DNA of 64,000 nucleotides from Patescibacteria group bacterium (GTDB lineage Bacteria; Patescibacteriota; Minisyncoccia; Phycocordibacterales; XYD1-FULL-46-19). A model generated the notes under the pieces. That model ran no database searches. It saw only the letters and a program-made list of their open reading frames with translations, and was not told the origin of the DNA. The stretch spans positions 63,899 to 127,898 of the forward strand of contig JBMCHT010000002.1 in NCBI GenBank assembly GCA_048617235.1. The letters are read 5' to 3'. Positions 1 through 9,161 of this stretch are shown here, piece after piece. Each line of letters begins with the position of its first letter. Position 1 is the first letter of the stretch. The position numbers and the translations under genes were made by a program.

Positions 1-2466
1 TACCCGTGATGTCTGTTGATATGACGCAGTTGCTACATTTGTTATAAGTTCATCGGCCAGAGCGTTGAGATGTTCACTATTAGTATCTGCCAGAATCTCA
101 TCTATATCACCCTTAAAGAATTCTGGGACTCGATCCCAAGCCTCACGTCTGAGAGAAAGAAACTTCTGTTGAGCAACAGAAACCCATTGTCGCAAAAACA
201 TCGCGGGTGGATAATGATGTTTTTCTTCTTCGGGCAGAATAGATTCTAACAAGGAAATGATTGAATCAGTATCCTCGTGTGAGTTATCAAGTGATGTAGC
301 GAGTGAAATAAAATCTTCTCCACTTCTATCCCAGCGATTCGACATAACTGTATCCACAAACCATCTCCACCTCTCATCCTGCGGCGCTGTTGCTTCTAGG
401 GAAGTGAAATCTTCAATGTAGTACTCGTGCGCCGCAATAGATCTGTAAGCAAGATAATCTGGAGTTCTGTTTATTAAATGTAGTAAATCTCTACTCGCCT
501 CTGTTCCTTGTGTCATGCGTGCCCAACAAAGAATGAGTAGGTTCTCAATCTTGCTGAGTTCATGAATTGATAGATTGTCTTGTTCGTTTTCGAGAAGGTT
601 CCTTATAACCTCTTTTGCCTGCCTCCTTTCTTCTGGAAAATTATTAGCAAGTGGTACAGCAGAAGCATCAATCTGTCCACGGTGAGTAGAACCTATTGAT
701 TCAATAACAGGTATTGCTAAACAAATCCGGCCAGAAACAATAAGTTCTTTCAACGCCTCCATAGCGGCACTTCTCATTTCTTGAACCTCATTAATGTTAC
801 GTAGTGCCCGTTCCCCAAAAGTCATTTTGTTGCCGTACGAGTATCCTGTTTTGTGGGAAGCTCTTAAAACTTCCGAGAGACCATCCGAAATAAGTTTAAG
901 CTCAACTGAATCAGCAGATGCAATCCTATTTCTTAACAGTTGAATACGGGAAGTGATCTTTCTTGGCCCAGAAATTAGTGGGGACATGTAATCTTGCATT
1001 AACTCAAGCGACTTATAGTTATCGTACATACCCACCTTTACTGATACGCTTATACGCAGAATTGCGCTAAAGAGAGACCCTTCTTCATTTTCAAAAGAAA
1101 TTAGACTCTTTAGAAGTGGTCCGAATGAGTCTGTAGACAAATCAAGTTCTTCTCTCTCAACGCGAGAGAGAACTGAAAAGAGAAAATCAAAACAAGTATT
1201 TGCGGCAAAGTGAGAGACTCTCGACAACCAATCAATTCGGTTTTTAATTTCCTGTATCGAAAGTCTGTCAATTTCAGTAATCCATTGTGTAACAATTGCG
1301 TTCATTGCGCCTACAACTTGGGTAGCATCGTTGTCACGATAAGCACTTCCTAGATTCCCGAAAATACGCTCGGGATTGATATTTGTCCACTCTGTAATTA
1401 GACTAGTCACTTGATCTTGAGTGAAGTTGGTCATCCGAAAGGATAGGAAAATGTCACCTATAATATCTGCGTTAAAACGGATTGTTCTACCAACTTGTTT
1501 TAACACACCTGCTCGTATAAGCCGCTTCAAGGAGTCTTCAACTACAGCAACTGAAGAGTTTGTTCTGCTGGCTAATTCCTCAAGAATCCGCGCATCCTGC
1601 TCGTTAAAACCCGAAATCATAGCCAACTGAGTCAAAAGATTTTCAATATCAAGATTGACCCCTCTCATTACTGAACGAGTATCGGACAGCACATCCTGAG
1701 TTATTCGTTCTCTAAAAGCTTGTATGTTTTCAATGGGTTCGTTTTTGAGTTTTTTACCCATTAACACAATGAGGTAAGGATTGGGGTATTCTCCCAAAAT
1801 TACCTCTTCTGCATCAATTGTCTCCAATCCAGATACTCTGTGTAAGAGAGTGCTTAATTCATCCGCTGTCCAAGAAGTAATCTCTATCTTTTCTCCCGCC
1901 GATCTCAATCTTTGTCGTGTAATTGTCTCTTCAACAAAACTCAACCCGGCCGATCTGAAAGCAAAAATGATTTTTACGTTATTTCTGCTTCTATCCCTAT
2001 TCAAAAACTTTAGAAAAGGTAGGAGCTCTTCCTCATTTTTATCAGCAGCATCATCTAAGATAATTAGATATTTTCCTCCTCTACCAATTGCTGACAATAA
2101 ATCCTCTCGCAATGGACTTCCAGGTTTTACGATGAGTATTCTTTGATCTTCCTTAAACCTAAACGACGCTTCTCTTAGTAGGTGAGACTTTCCATGACCA
2201 GCGGGACCGTATATTAAAAGAAAATCTTTATCATCTGAATCTAAAAAACTTTCGATATCAGAAAGATATCCATTGAATCTATCAATTATGGTTACTGACA
2301 AATTAGTTAATTCAGGTTCTGATTCTTTAAAGTATTGTTCTGGTGTGGCAAAAGAAGGATGATGTTTGAAAATGTAGTTAAAAAATTTACCTGTGACCCA
2401 TCCAGGAAAATACGACAACAGGTTAGATACTAGGAAGAAAAGAATTTTTGCTAGCAAGGCTTCCAT
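1..2466 (-). CDS. STAND-like P-loop NTPase, partial; the C-terminus runs off the window and at least 822 aa are visible
   Basis: I translated the reverse strand by hand from the ATG at 2466 down to position 1 and found no stop. The ORF track omits it because it is edge-truncated. It has a Walker A FLLIYGPAGHGKSHLL and a Walker B KYLIILDDAAD (hhhhDD, STAND-type), an N-terminal hydrophobic helix (LLAKILFFLVSNLLSYFPGWV), an HTH-like segment (EQDARILEELASRTNSSVAVVEDSLKRLIRAGVL) and then several hundred aa of helical repeat-like sequence. It starts 5 nt after the res stop on the same strand. Confidence 0.6.
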   Translation of the reverse strand, partial: MEALLAKILFFLVSNLLSYFPGWVTGKFFNYIFKHHPSFATPEQYFKESEPELTNLSVTIIDRFNGYLSDIESFLDSDDKDFLLIYGPAGHGKSHLLREASFRFKEDQRILIVKPGSPLREDLLSAIGRGGKYLIILDDAADKNEEELLPFLKFLNRDRSRNNVKIIFAFRSAGLSFVEETITRQRLRSAGEKIEITSWTADELSTLLHRVSGLETIDAEEVILGEYPNPYLIVLMGKKLKNEPIENIQAFRERITQDVLSDTRSVMRGVNLDIENLLTQLAMISGFNEQDARILEELASRTNSSVAVVEDSLKRLIRAGVLKQVGRTIRFNADIIGDIFLSFRMTNFTQDQVTSLITEWTNINPERIFGNLGSAYRDNDATQVVGAMNAIVTQWITEIDRLSIQEIKNRIDWLSRVSHFAANTCFDFLFSVLSRVEREELDLSTDSFGPLLKSLISFENEEGSLFSAILRISVSVKVGMYDNYKSLELMQDYMSPLISGPRKITSRIQLLRNRIASADSVELKLISDGLSEVLRASHKTGYSYGNKMTFGERALRNINEVQEMRSAAMEALKELIVSGRICLAIPVIESIGSTHRGQIDASAVPLANNFPEERRQAKEVIRNLLENEQDNLSIHELSKIENLLILCWARMTQGTEASRDLLHLINRTPDYLAYRSIAAHEYYIEDFTSLEATAPQDERWRWFVDTVMSNRWDRSGEDFISLATSLDNSHEDTDSIISLLESILPEEEKHHYPPAMFLRQWVSVAQQKFLSLRREAWDRVPEFFKGDIDEILADTNSEHLNALADELITNVATASYQQTSRV

Positions 2467-2471
2467 GGCAT

Positions 2472-4751
2472 CTAGAGTGTTAGTTTCTTACCATCTACCT
2501 TCCAACCATTTGGACCATCTTGCACCACGATACCGCCATCAAAATTCTTTTTGCCTTTTAACCAATCCTTTAGAGCTTGTTTCTTATACTGCATGTCATT
2601 ACTTTCTGCAGTAAAGCCAGCTTTAGTATCGAGAATCCAAATCTTATTTTTTGTCTTTACAATCCAGTCAGGATAAAAGAGTCGCTCACGATTTTCTGTC
2701 TCGTGATAATACGGAATGGAGAAGTATTCACTTCCAGAGTCACCGTTTTTGTACCACCACTCGACCTTGCTTGATGATTCAAGATACTTAATAAACTCTT
2801 TTTCATTTTGGACAGGTTCTTTCTGAATATAGAAAGGTTGCATTGCAGACTTTTTGACTTTCATTTCTTCATAGAGATCGGTGAAAAATAGGTATTCTCT
2901 CGGTATTTCAAGTACTTCGGTTCGACGTGTTCGTTTAGCTTTCTCTTTGACTTCCTTTTCACGAATCGGGCGATACTTTTCTAGTGTCTCACCAAGAATA
3001 GGTCGTAGTACACTATCTGGGCGGAGTAGATCATTTACAATAACTTTGTAATAATCTTCACGAGCGAGATCAAGAAGGTTAGAAAAATATACGTTCAGTG
3101 CGGTTTTCAACTTTCCCCATGAACGTTCTGGTGCAAATTTCTTATTCTCATCTTCTTGCTTGGAAATGATATTGAAACAGAGAAGATTATAGAGACGCTC
3201 CAGATCATTACGTGATATTTCATTTGAAAGCTCTGCTGTACTTTCTCTTAGCTCCTCAACGAAGTTGTCGTAGTTTTCTATCTCAGCATCAACAATAAGA
3301 CTACTTTCTACTTTCACATCAGTGACATCGAGACTTTGTTCTTTAAATTTCTTTTTTATCTGAGCTTTCGTGTCTCCATCTTTAATGCCAAGTTCTTTGT
3401 TAGCAACTTGCCTGAACGTCTTCTGGAATGAATCACCCAGGTCATTGTAGTCAGCACGACTCATGAAAACAGACTCAAGCTCTATCGGCTTAATGTCTTT
3501 CTTGCGTCGACTGATTTGTGTGGCAGGACGATTTTCTCCTTTCTGCTTATCGTACTCAGCAAGGATCTGATTCCGTTCGTAGTTTGTATATAAGTATCCA
3601 ATGTTAAGCTCGGGCATTGGATAATGAATGGCTTCTGGCATACGAAGAATTCTACCGACAGTTTGAATATGAAAGACTGGGCTTTTAATTTCTCGATACA
3701 TCACCAAAATAGCTGCACGAGGACAATCCCATCCAGTCGCGGCTGCCTGTTTGAAAACTAAAAAGTTTATCTCTGAATCACTTTTTTCAATTTCGTCTAA
3801 ATTCTCTTTGTCGTTTGAAAGCCAAACAGCAACATTATGATCTTCTTCTCCTTTATCTTTAAGGAAATCTAAAACAACATCCTTCTTTGATTTATCTAAG
3901 GTTTCCTTACGAGCCTTGTCATCATTAGGGAGCTGAACAAGTACCAGAGGATTAATATCAACACCAAGTTTTTTATAACTCTTCTTAAGCTCTAAACGCT
4001 TTGAGTATGCAAGATCAAGCAAAAGAAGATCTTGATCAATCTCTTTCTTGGCTTCTTTCTCAATATCCTCCTTAGTCTGAGTTATAACTTTTTCCTTAAT
4101 TAGACCTTCCTCTATAACCGCATCACGTTCCACCTCCACAAAACCAACCTTTTTGTTCTTCACATCAGAATATGATGGTTCTTTCTTTGGAGTGGCTGTA
4201 ATTTTAAGGATGATACGAGGATCAATCAGGTTAATAAGCTCTTGAGCCAGATCGGTACTTGCATCACGATGAGCTTCGTCAATAATCAAAACGATTTCCC
4301 GACCATCTGCTTGCGATTTCTGAATAAAAGAGTCAAAAGTAATATCGTTCTCGTTTTCTTTACGTAACTTGCGACCATCTTTTGTTGAAGTTTTAATTTT
4401 TTGCCAATTAATAAAGAAAACGCTGTTCTTTTCTAGTTTTGCGTTTCGAGTAAGGTCATTTAAATCAAGTAGTTCGATTTCTCCGGCTCCGCCATAATAT
4501 TTAAAAAGTTTTTTCTTGCTCTGCTCGTATGATTCTTCGTTGAAAGTGAACCACACAAATGCCTTATCAGCATTAAATTGTGGATCGCCTGTTAAGTCAC
4601 GCAAAAACTGAGCGGTCATTACTGTCTTTCCTGAACCAGTTGGTGATTTAAAAATAAGCTCGAGCCTACGATTTCCAGTACCCCAAAGTTCGAGAAAACT
4701 TTTTCGTAGTTCAGCTATCGCTTTTTCTTGAAAGGTTTTAAGTGTAAACAT
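2472..4751 (-). CDS. res: Type III restriction endonuclease, Res subunit (SF2 helicase plus C-terminal nuclease)
   Basis: 759 aa with helicase motif I SPTGSGKT and motif II IIDEAH, and a C-terminal PD-(D/E)xK-like WILDTK. It sits directly downstream of the mod gene. Confidence 0.85.
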   Translation of the reverse strand: MFTLKTFQEKAIAELRKSFLELWGTGNRRLELIFKSPTGSGKTVMTAQFLRDLTGDPQFNADKAFVWFTFNEESYEQSKKKLFKYYGGAGEIELLDLNDLTRNAKLEKNSVFFINWQKIKTSTKDGRKLRKENENDITFDSFIQKSQADGREIVLIIDEAHRDASTDLAQELINLIDPRIILKITATPKKEPSYSDVKNKKVGFVEVERDAVIEEGLIKEKVITQTKEDIEKEAKKEIDQDLLLLDLAYSKRLELKKSYKKLGVDINPLVLVQLPNDDKARKETLDKSKKDVVLDFLKDKGEEDHNVAVWLSNDKENLDEIEKSDSEINFLVFKQAAATGWDCPRAAILVMYREIKSPVFHIQTVGRILRMPEAIHYPMPELNIGYLYTNYERNQILAEYDKQKGENRPATQISRRKKDIKPIELESVFMSRADYNDLGDSFQKTFRQVANKELGIKDGDTKAQIKKKFKEQSLDVTDVKVESSLIVDAEIENYDNFVEELRESTAELSNEISRNDLERLYNLLCFNIISKQEDENKKFAPERSWGKLKTALNVYFSNLLDLAREDYYKVIVNDLLRPDSVLRPILGETLEKYRPIREKEVKEKAKRTRRTEVLEIPREYLFFTDLYEEMKVKKSAMQPFYIQKEPVQNEKEFIKYLESSSKVEWWYKNGDSGSEYFSIPYYHETENRERLFYPDWIVKTKNKIWILDTKAGFTAESNDMQYKKQALKDWLKGKKNFDGGIVVQDGPNGWKVDGKKLTL

Positions 4752-4753
4752 AA

Positions 4754-6394
4754 TTATTTCTTGTTAATTTCCTTGTATACTTCAAGGATCGGTTCTGGAA
4801 TATCTTCAACTCGAATATTCTTATATTCAGAAAACTCGTTTTTATACTCATTCTTGCCCCAACTAAAGATATATAGAGCTGCACTGTCAGATTTGCTGAT
4901 TTTACCAACAAGCTCGTCAAGCTTTTCTTTATCTTCTTTAAAGTAAATAGCGGTAGTTCTACCTTTCTTGTCGATAAATATCTGCCACCAGTCATTTTTT
5001 TCTCTCTCTGTGAGTGTGTCCTCTCGCAATGCAATCATACGACCTGCCTGATAGGTAAGTTCGATTTTCTTGTGGTCCGAAACATTGTGTACTGACTCAA
5101 CATCTACAAACTCTGTCTTGTAATATCGAAGGTTTGATGGGATGCCTTCTGTATTACCATATCCCTCAATTACATTCTTTATGCGTGGATATGTAATTTC
5201 TCGAGCAATACCGCCTTCATTATTTGTACACAAAATAAATTTGTGGTTCTGATTATATTTTTGATTGATTAAAGCAACAGCATGTCCTGTGGTTTCTGAG
5301 CCAGCAAAAAAATCCAACACTGTAGCGTTTTCTTTATCATAAATCACCGTTTCTAAACATTTAGCTGTTGCAAAAAGTGACTTTGGATAAGGAAACTCTG
5401 ATCCTACAATATTTTTAACCAGCATTGTTCCATACTTACCTGCATCTAATTCACCTCCAGTCCAAACTGTTTTATATCTAGCCGAAACAGCAGTAACATA
5501 CAGCTGGTAATCTCCTTTTCTTTCCTTAACTTCTATTCTCTTTACATGGTTTTCTATAGAATCTATACCAAAGTGCCATCTTCTCTCATCTCCCTTATCA
5601 TCTATTGGCCACACTTCGATCTCTCCATTATCTAAACTTTTACTTCTTTGAGATGGATGAAAATTTACATCTGGAACCTGACCTATACGAACAACTTTTC
5701 CATCTTTAACATAAATAGGAAAGAACATTGTTGGTCGATCAGTTCTATATGAGGCACGTCCAGCACGCCTTAGATTTCTTGTATCAATTTTATCCTCAGG
5801 ATTTTTGCCGATAACAGATTTACCCTTTGGAATCACAAAATGAGCATATTCATGTGATTCTGAAAAATTTCTACTTGGTAAACCTTTAGGGTTATGCTCA
5901 ATTACAATAGTAATTATTTCATGTGTTGGGAATAATTCAGCAAGAAGTATTAGCAGTGTGCCGTTTTCATATTTATCAATTGTGGCAATTAATACACCAT
6001 CATCTTTTAGAAGATTTTTGGCAATCCTAAGACGATTATTCATCATGGATATCCATTTGCTGTGGCGGAATGAGTCATTCTCATCCACGTAGTCATTATT
6101 GTATTTCCAATCCTTAGCACCTGTATTGTAAGGTGGGTCTATATAGATTAAATCTATACTCTTACGATGAGTATAATTTAAAACAGTAAGTGCGTGATAA
6201 TTATCACCCTCGATAAGCAAGTTTGTAGGTTTTTCTAGACTCTTTTCTACAATCTTTTTTTCATCCTCACTAAAAATTGGAATCTTTGTTTTACATTGTT
6301 CAACAACATCTTCTGGTTTATCTTCCCAAACCAAACCGTAAGATTTTCGAGACTCAAGTTTCTTGATCTCCTCAAGCAATTCCTCCTTATTCAT
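4754..6394 (-). CDS. mod: Type III R-M N6-adenine DNA methyltransferase, Mod subunit
   Basis: 546 aa with the DPPY catalytic motif (LIYIDPPYNTG) and a later FFAGSETTGHA SAM-binding-like motif. Its stop is adjacent to the res start. Confidence 0.85.
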   Translation of the reverse strand: MNKEELLEEIKKLESRKSYGLVWEDKPEDVVEQCKTKIPIFSEDEKKIVEKSLEKPTNLLIEGDNYHALTVLNYTHRKSIDLIYIDPPYNTGAKDWKYNNDYVDENDSFRHSKWISMMNNRLRIAKNLLKDDGVLIATIDKYENGTLLILLAELFPTHEIITIVIEHNPKGLPSRNFSESHEYAHFVIPKGKSVIGKNPEDKIDTRNLRRAGRASYRTDRPTMFFPIYVKDGKVVRIGQVPDVNFHPSQRSKSLDNGEIEVWPIDDKGDERRWHFGIDSIENHVKRIEVKERKGDYQLYVTAVSARYKTVWTGGELDAGKYGTMLVKNIVGSEFPYPKSLFATAKCLETVIYDKENATVLDFFAGSETTGHAVALINQKYNQNHKFILCTNNEGGIAREITYPRIKNVIEGYGNTEGIPSNLRYYKTEFVDVESVHNVSDHKKIELTYQAGRMIALREDTLTEREKNDWWQIFIDKKGRTTAIYFKEDKEKLDELVGKISKSDSAALYIFSWGKNEYKNEFSEYKNIRVEDIPEPILEVYKEINKK

Positions 6395-6573
6395 TTTTGA
6401 GTAATCTTTTGATATGTTATTTTAACATTAAATCACATTTAGACTTATTTTTCCATCTTAAATTTATCTCTCCAACCCTAACATTTATTGAGAAATATAA
6501 GTAATAAGTTACCAACTCTATCCTCTCCGGACGCTCTAGACTCCCCCAACCTATTCTGTCATTCCTTAGAGAT

Positions 6574-7611
6574 ATGGAAGAAATAGAGATCAAATATGTC
6601 CTCTGTGCTCGAAAGAGCTCAGAAAGTGATGAAAAACAAGCTCTCTCAATAGAGGCGCAAGTTAAAGAAATGATCCAGATGGCTGAAAGAGAGGATTTGG
6701 AGATAGTAGAGATACGTCGAGAATCTCATTCAGCTAAAGACTCAGGTAAAAGACCAATATTTAATGAACTTCTGAAAGATATTAGAGATGACAGATTCAA
6801 TGGAATAATTGTTTGGCATCCAGATAGATTAAGTAGAAATGCTGGAGATCTTGGTAGTTTAGTAGATTTAATGGATCAGAAGAAACTAGTGGAGATAAAA
6901 ACTTATGGGCAGAAATTTACCAATACTCCTAGTGAAAAGTTTCTCCTCATGATTTTATGTAGCCAAGCAAAACTGGAAAATGACAATAAAAGCGTCAACG
7001 TTAAGAGAGGCTTAAGAATGAGATGTGAGATGGGCTTGTGGCCAGCGCCGACCCCCACAGGATATTTAAATGAAAAGAGGATAGATAGAAAAGGTTATGT
7101 CTATATTGATAAAGAAAGAGGTCCGGTAATAAAAAAGATGTTTGAGAAAGTTGCTTATGAAAAATGGTCAGGTAGGAAGGTATATCATTGGCTTAAGTTT
7201 GATTTGAATTTCAAAAGTTCAACCAGTGGTAAAAACTTAACTTTAAGTAATATATACAGATTACTACAAACCCCTTTCTACTATAGTCGGTTTGAATACC
7301 CCGCTGGTAGTGGTAATTGGTACCAAGGAAGACATGAACCATTAATAACTGAGGAATTGTACCAAAAAGCTCAAGAACACCTTAAAAGAGATAGAATTAC
7401 CCGAGGAGAATCTAAAGAATTTGCTTTCACTAGATTAATACACTGTGGGTTATGCAAATCCGGAGTCTGTGCTGAAGAGAAGTTCAAAAAATTGAAATCC
7501 GGAAAAACCTTAAGGTATGTCTACTATGGGTGTAATAGATCAAAAGACAGATTCTGTAAATGTGGCTACATTCGAGAAGAAAACCTAATCAAAGACTTAT
7601 GGATCAAATAG
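6574..7611 (+). CDS. Large serine recombinase (resolvase/invertase catalytic domain, recombinase domain and zinc ribbon); the C-terminus is truncated by a frameshift
   Basis: The N-terminus YVLCARKSSESDEKQALSIEAQ carries the catalytic Ser context, followed by the recombinase domain and a Cys ribbon (CGLCKSGVC...YYGCNRSKDRFCKCG). The ORF ends at a TAG at 7609. Confidence 0.8.
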   Translation: MEEIEIKYVLCARKSSESDEKQALSIEAQVKEMIQMAEREDLEIVEIRRESHSAKDSGKRPIFNELLKDIRDDRFNGIIVWHPDRLSRNAGDLGSLVDLMDQKKLVEIKTYGQKFTNTPSEKFLLMILCSQAKLENDNKSVNVKRGLRMRCEMGLWPAPTPTGYLNEKRIDRKGYVYIDKERGPVIKKMFEKVAYEKWSGRKVYHWLKFDLNFKSSTSGKNLTLSNIYRLLQTPFYYSRFEYPAGSGNWYQGRHEPLITEELYQKAQEHLKRDRITRGESKEFAFTRLIHCGLCKSGVCAEEKFKKLKSGKTLRYVYYGCNRSKDRFCKCGYIREENLIKDLWIK

Positions 7612-7877
7612 ATGAACTAGATGTTAATGATGTGGCTGTACAGAAGAAGTTCCAAGCTGAATATACTAGAGCCAGTAGATTTCAAAAGAAGTTTTTAGGA
7701 AAAGAAAACAGTAAAGTGAAAGTGGATAATTTAGATATTAAAAGTTATATAAAACATGTGTTGATCGAAGGAACCGTTGAAGAAAAAAGAGAACTATTGG
7801 GAGAGATACAAAATAAATTAATTTTAAAAGAAAGAAAAATTATTTTGGAAAACATAAGTAACGACAGCGGCAATTAA
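7560..7877 (+). pseudogene. C-terminal coiled-coil segment of the same serine recombinase, in the -1 frame
   Basis: The 105-aa K/E-rich helical ORF overlaps the 3' end of the previous ORF in another frame. Together the two pieces are about 435 aa, typical of a large serine recombinase. Confidence 0.55.
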
Positions 7878-8768
7878 AATAATTAATACACCTATAAAAA
7901 TTTTACCGAAAGGTTTTTCATGCCACTCTTTAGATATGTTTAAAGTTTTTTTAAGAGACGTTTTTTTAAAATTATCTCCAACACCAAAATGAATTTGTGA
8001 ATTATTAATAACAGGATCTTGGTCTTTTTCATTTACAATAGCACTATTTTCAATATCATAATTATTATTGGAAACAATAGAAACATTTTTACCTCTAATT
8101 AGTAATCTCATATCCTCACAAAATAAGACATCATTCATCGAATTAACAGCCTTTATCCATTCATTTTTATCACCTTTATATATTTTTATATCCACAAGCC
8201 TCAGAACAACCTTATTTAAGTCATAATCTGAAAGCTCTTTCAAAACACCCAGAACCCAATTCTTTCTTGTAGAACCATCATGTTTTACATTTATCCCAAT
8301 CTCTTGAAAAAATTTAGTTAAATAAAAAGAAGATCTATAGATTGGAAATTTTTCTGCGTTATCTCCACATATAAAATCTGCAATATTTTCCAAAGTCACA
8401 TCATCAATATCACTTAATACGACATCGCTTTTAATAACAGAAAAATAATTATTTAACTTTTCTTTTATAAAATTAAAATCTTTTATAATTTTTACCTCTT
8501 CTTCTTGTTTATGAGAAGTTATATTTTCAATAAGATCAACAAAATCCTGGATTTTATAAACTATATTTTTAATACTTTCTAAATTTAAATTATTTAGATC
8601 AAGACCCTCAAAAGATTCAAGTGCAACATTTAATTTAAATTGCCATTCTCCATTATCACCCACATCAACAGTATCAGATAAATTTTGAAGATTCCTTTGC
8701 ATATCTTCTATTGTGGATATACAAAGTTCGTTTAAAAATATATTTTTAAATACTATGTCATTATTCAT
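7824..8768 (-). CDS. Hypothetical protein with a C-terminal TM helix
   Basis: A 314-aa ORF at about 22% GC against about 40% for the core. I recognise no motif in it. Confidence 0.5.
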   Translation of the reverse strand: MNNDIVFKNIFLNELCISTIEDMQRNLQNLSDTVDVGDNGEWQFKLNVALESFEGLDLNNLNLESIKNIVYKIQDFVDLIENITSHKQEEEVKIIKDFNFIKEKLNNYFSVIKSDVVLSDIDDVTLENIADFICGDNAEKFPIYRSSFYLTKFFQEIGINVKHDGSTRKNWVLGVLKELSDYDLNKVVLRLVDIKIYKGDKNEWIKAVNSMNDVLFCEDMRLLIRGKNVSIVSNNNYDIENSAIVNEKDQDPVINNSQIHFGVGDNFKKTSLKKTLNISKEWHEKPFGKIFIGVLIILIAAVVTYVFQNNFSFF

Positions 8769-8814
8769 AATAATTAGGCATCTCGGTCTTGCGCGATACC
8801 TCTACTTGCTCGTG

Positions 8815-8885
8815 CTGCCCGGCAGGGACTCGAACCCCGATTTCTTGGACCAAAACCAAGCGTCCTGCCATTAGACGACCGGGCA
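8815..8885 (-). tRNA. tRNA-Gln (anticodon TTG)
   Basis: Hand-folded: acceptor TGCCCGG/CCGGGCA, anticodon arm CTTGG-TTTTGGT-CCAAG, T-arm CGGGG-TTCGAGT-CCCTG. No CCA is encoded. Confidence 0.8.
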
Positions 8886-9065
8886 ATATAACTTAAACTA
8901 TACTATACCACAAACGGGTTCGAGTCAGGGACTCGGTCACAACTCTCGCTTCGCTCGGTCGCGACCCCGCCTCACAGTTGTTGTGTCGCTTCGCTCCTTA
9001 CAACATGTTCCGGCTCTGACTCTGGCACGGAAGCCAAGCAGTTGGCTTCCTACTCCGTTTCACTA

Positions 9066-9131
9066 CGTGCCCGGGTCAGCCCCTCTTCTTGGACCAAAAC
9101 CAAGCGTCCTGCCATTAGACGACCGGGCAAT
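9066..9131 (-). repeat. Degenerate partial second copy of tRNA-Gln (pseudo-tRNA or att remnant); 9086..9131 is a 46-bp perfect direct repeat of 8842..8887
   Basis: The 46 nt 'ttcttggaccaaaaccaagcgtcctgccattagacgaccgggcaat' occur identically at both sites. The second copy keeps the acceptor 3' strand 'tgcccgg' but replaces the T-arm with 'gtcagcccctc'. Confidence 0.7.
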
Positions 9132-9161
9132 CTTTCCTATTCTGCCTCAAACCGCTTCATT

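Noticed and set aside
1110-2146. Short plus and minus strand ORFs (1110..1295, 1421..1630, 1781..2146) from the ORF track
   Set aside because: They lie inside and out of frame with the long uninterrupted minus-strand NTPase reading frame (1..2466), which I verified by hand translation, and they have no motifs. They are antisense or alternate-frame artefacts.
2472-6394. Possibility that mod/res is a Type I (hsdR/hsdM) or Type IIG system
   Set aside because: There is no hsdS specificity gene. Mod is beta-class with DPPY and about 546 aa, and Res carries an SF2 helicase plus a C-terminal nuclease in one polypeptide downstream of mod. That is the canonical Type III organisation.
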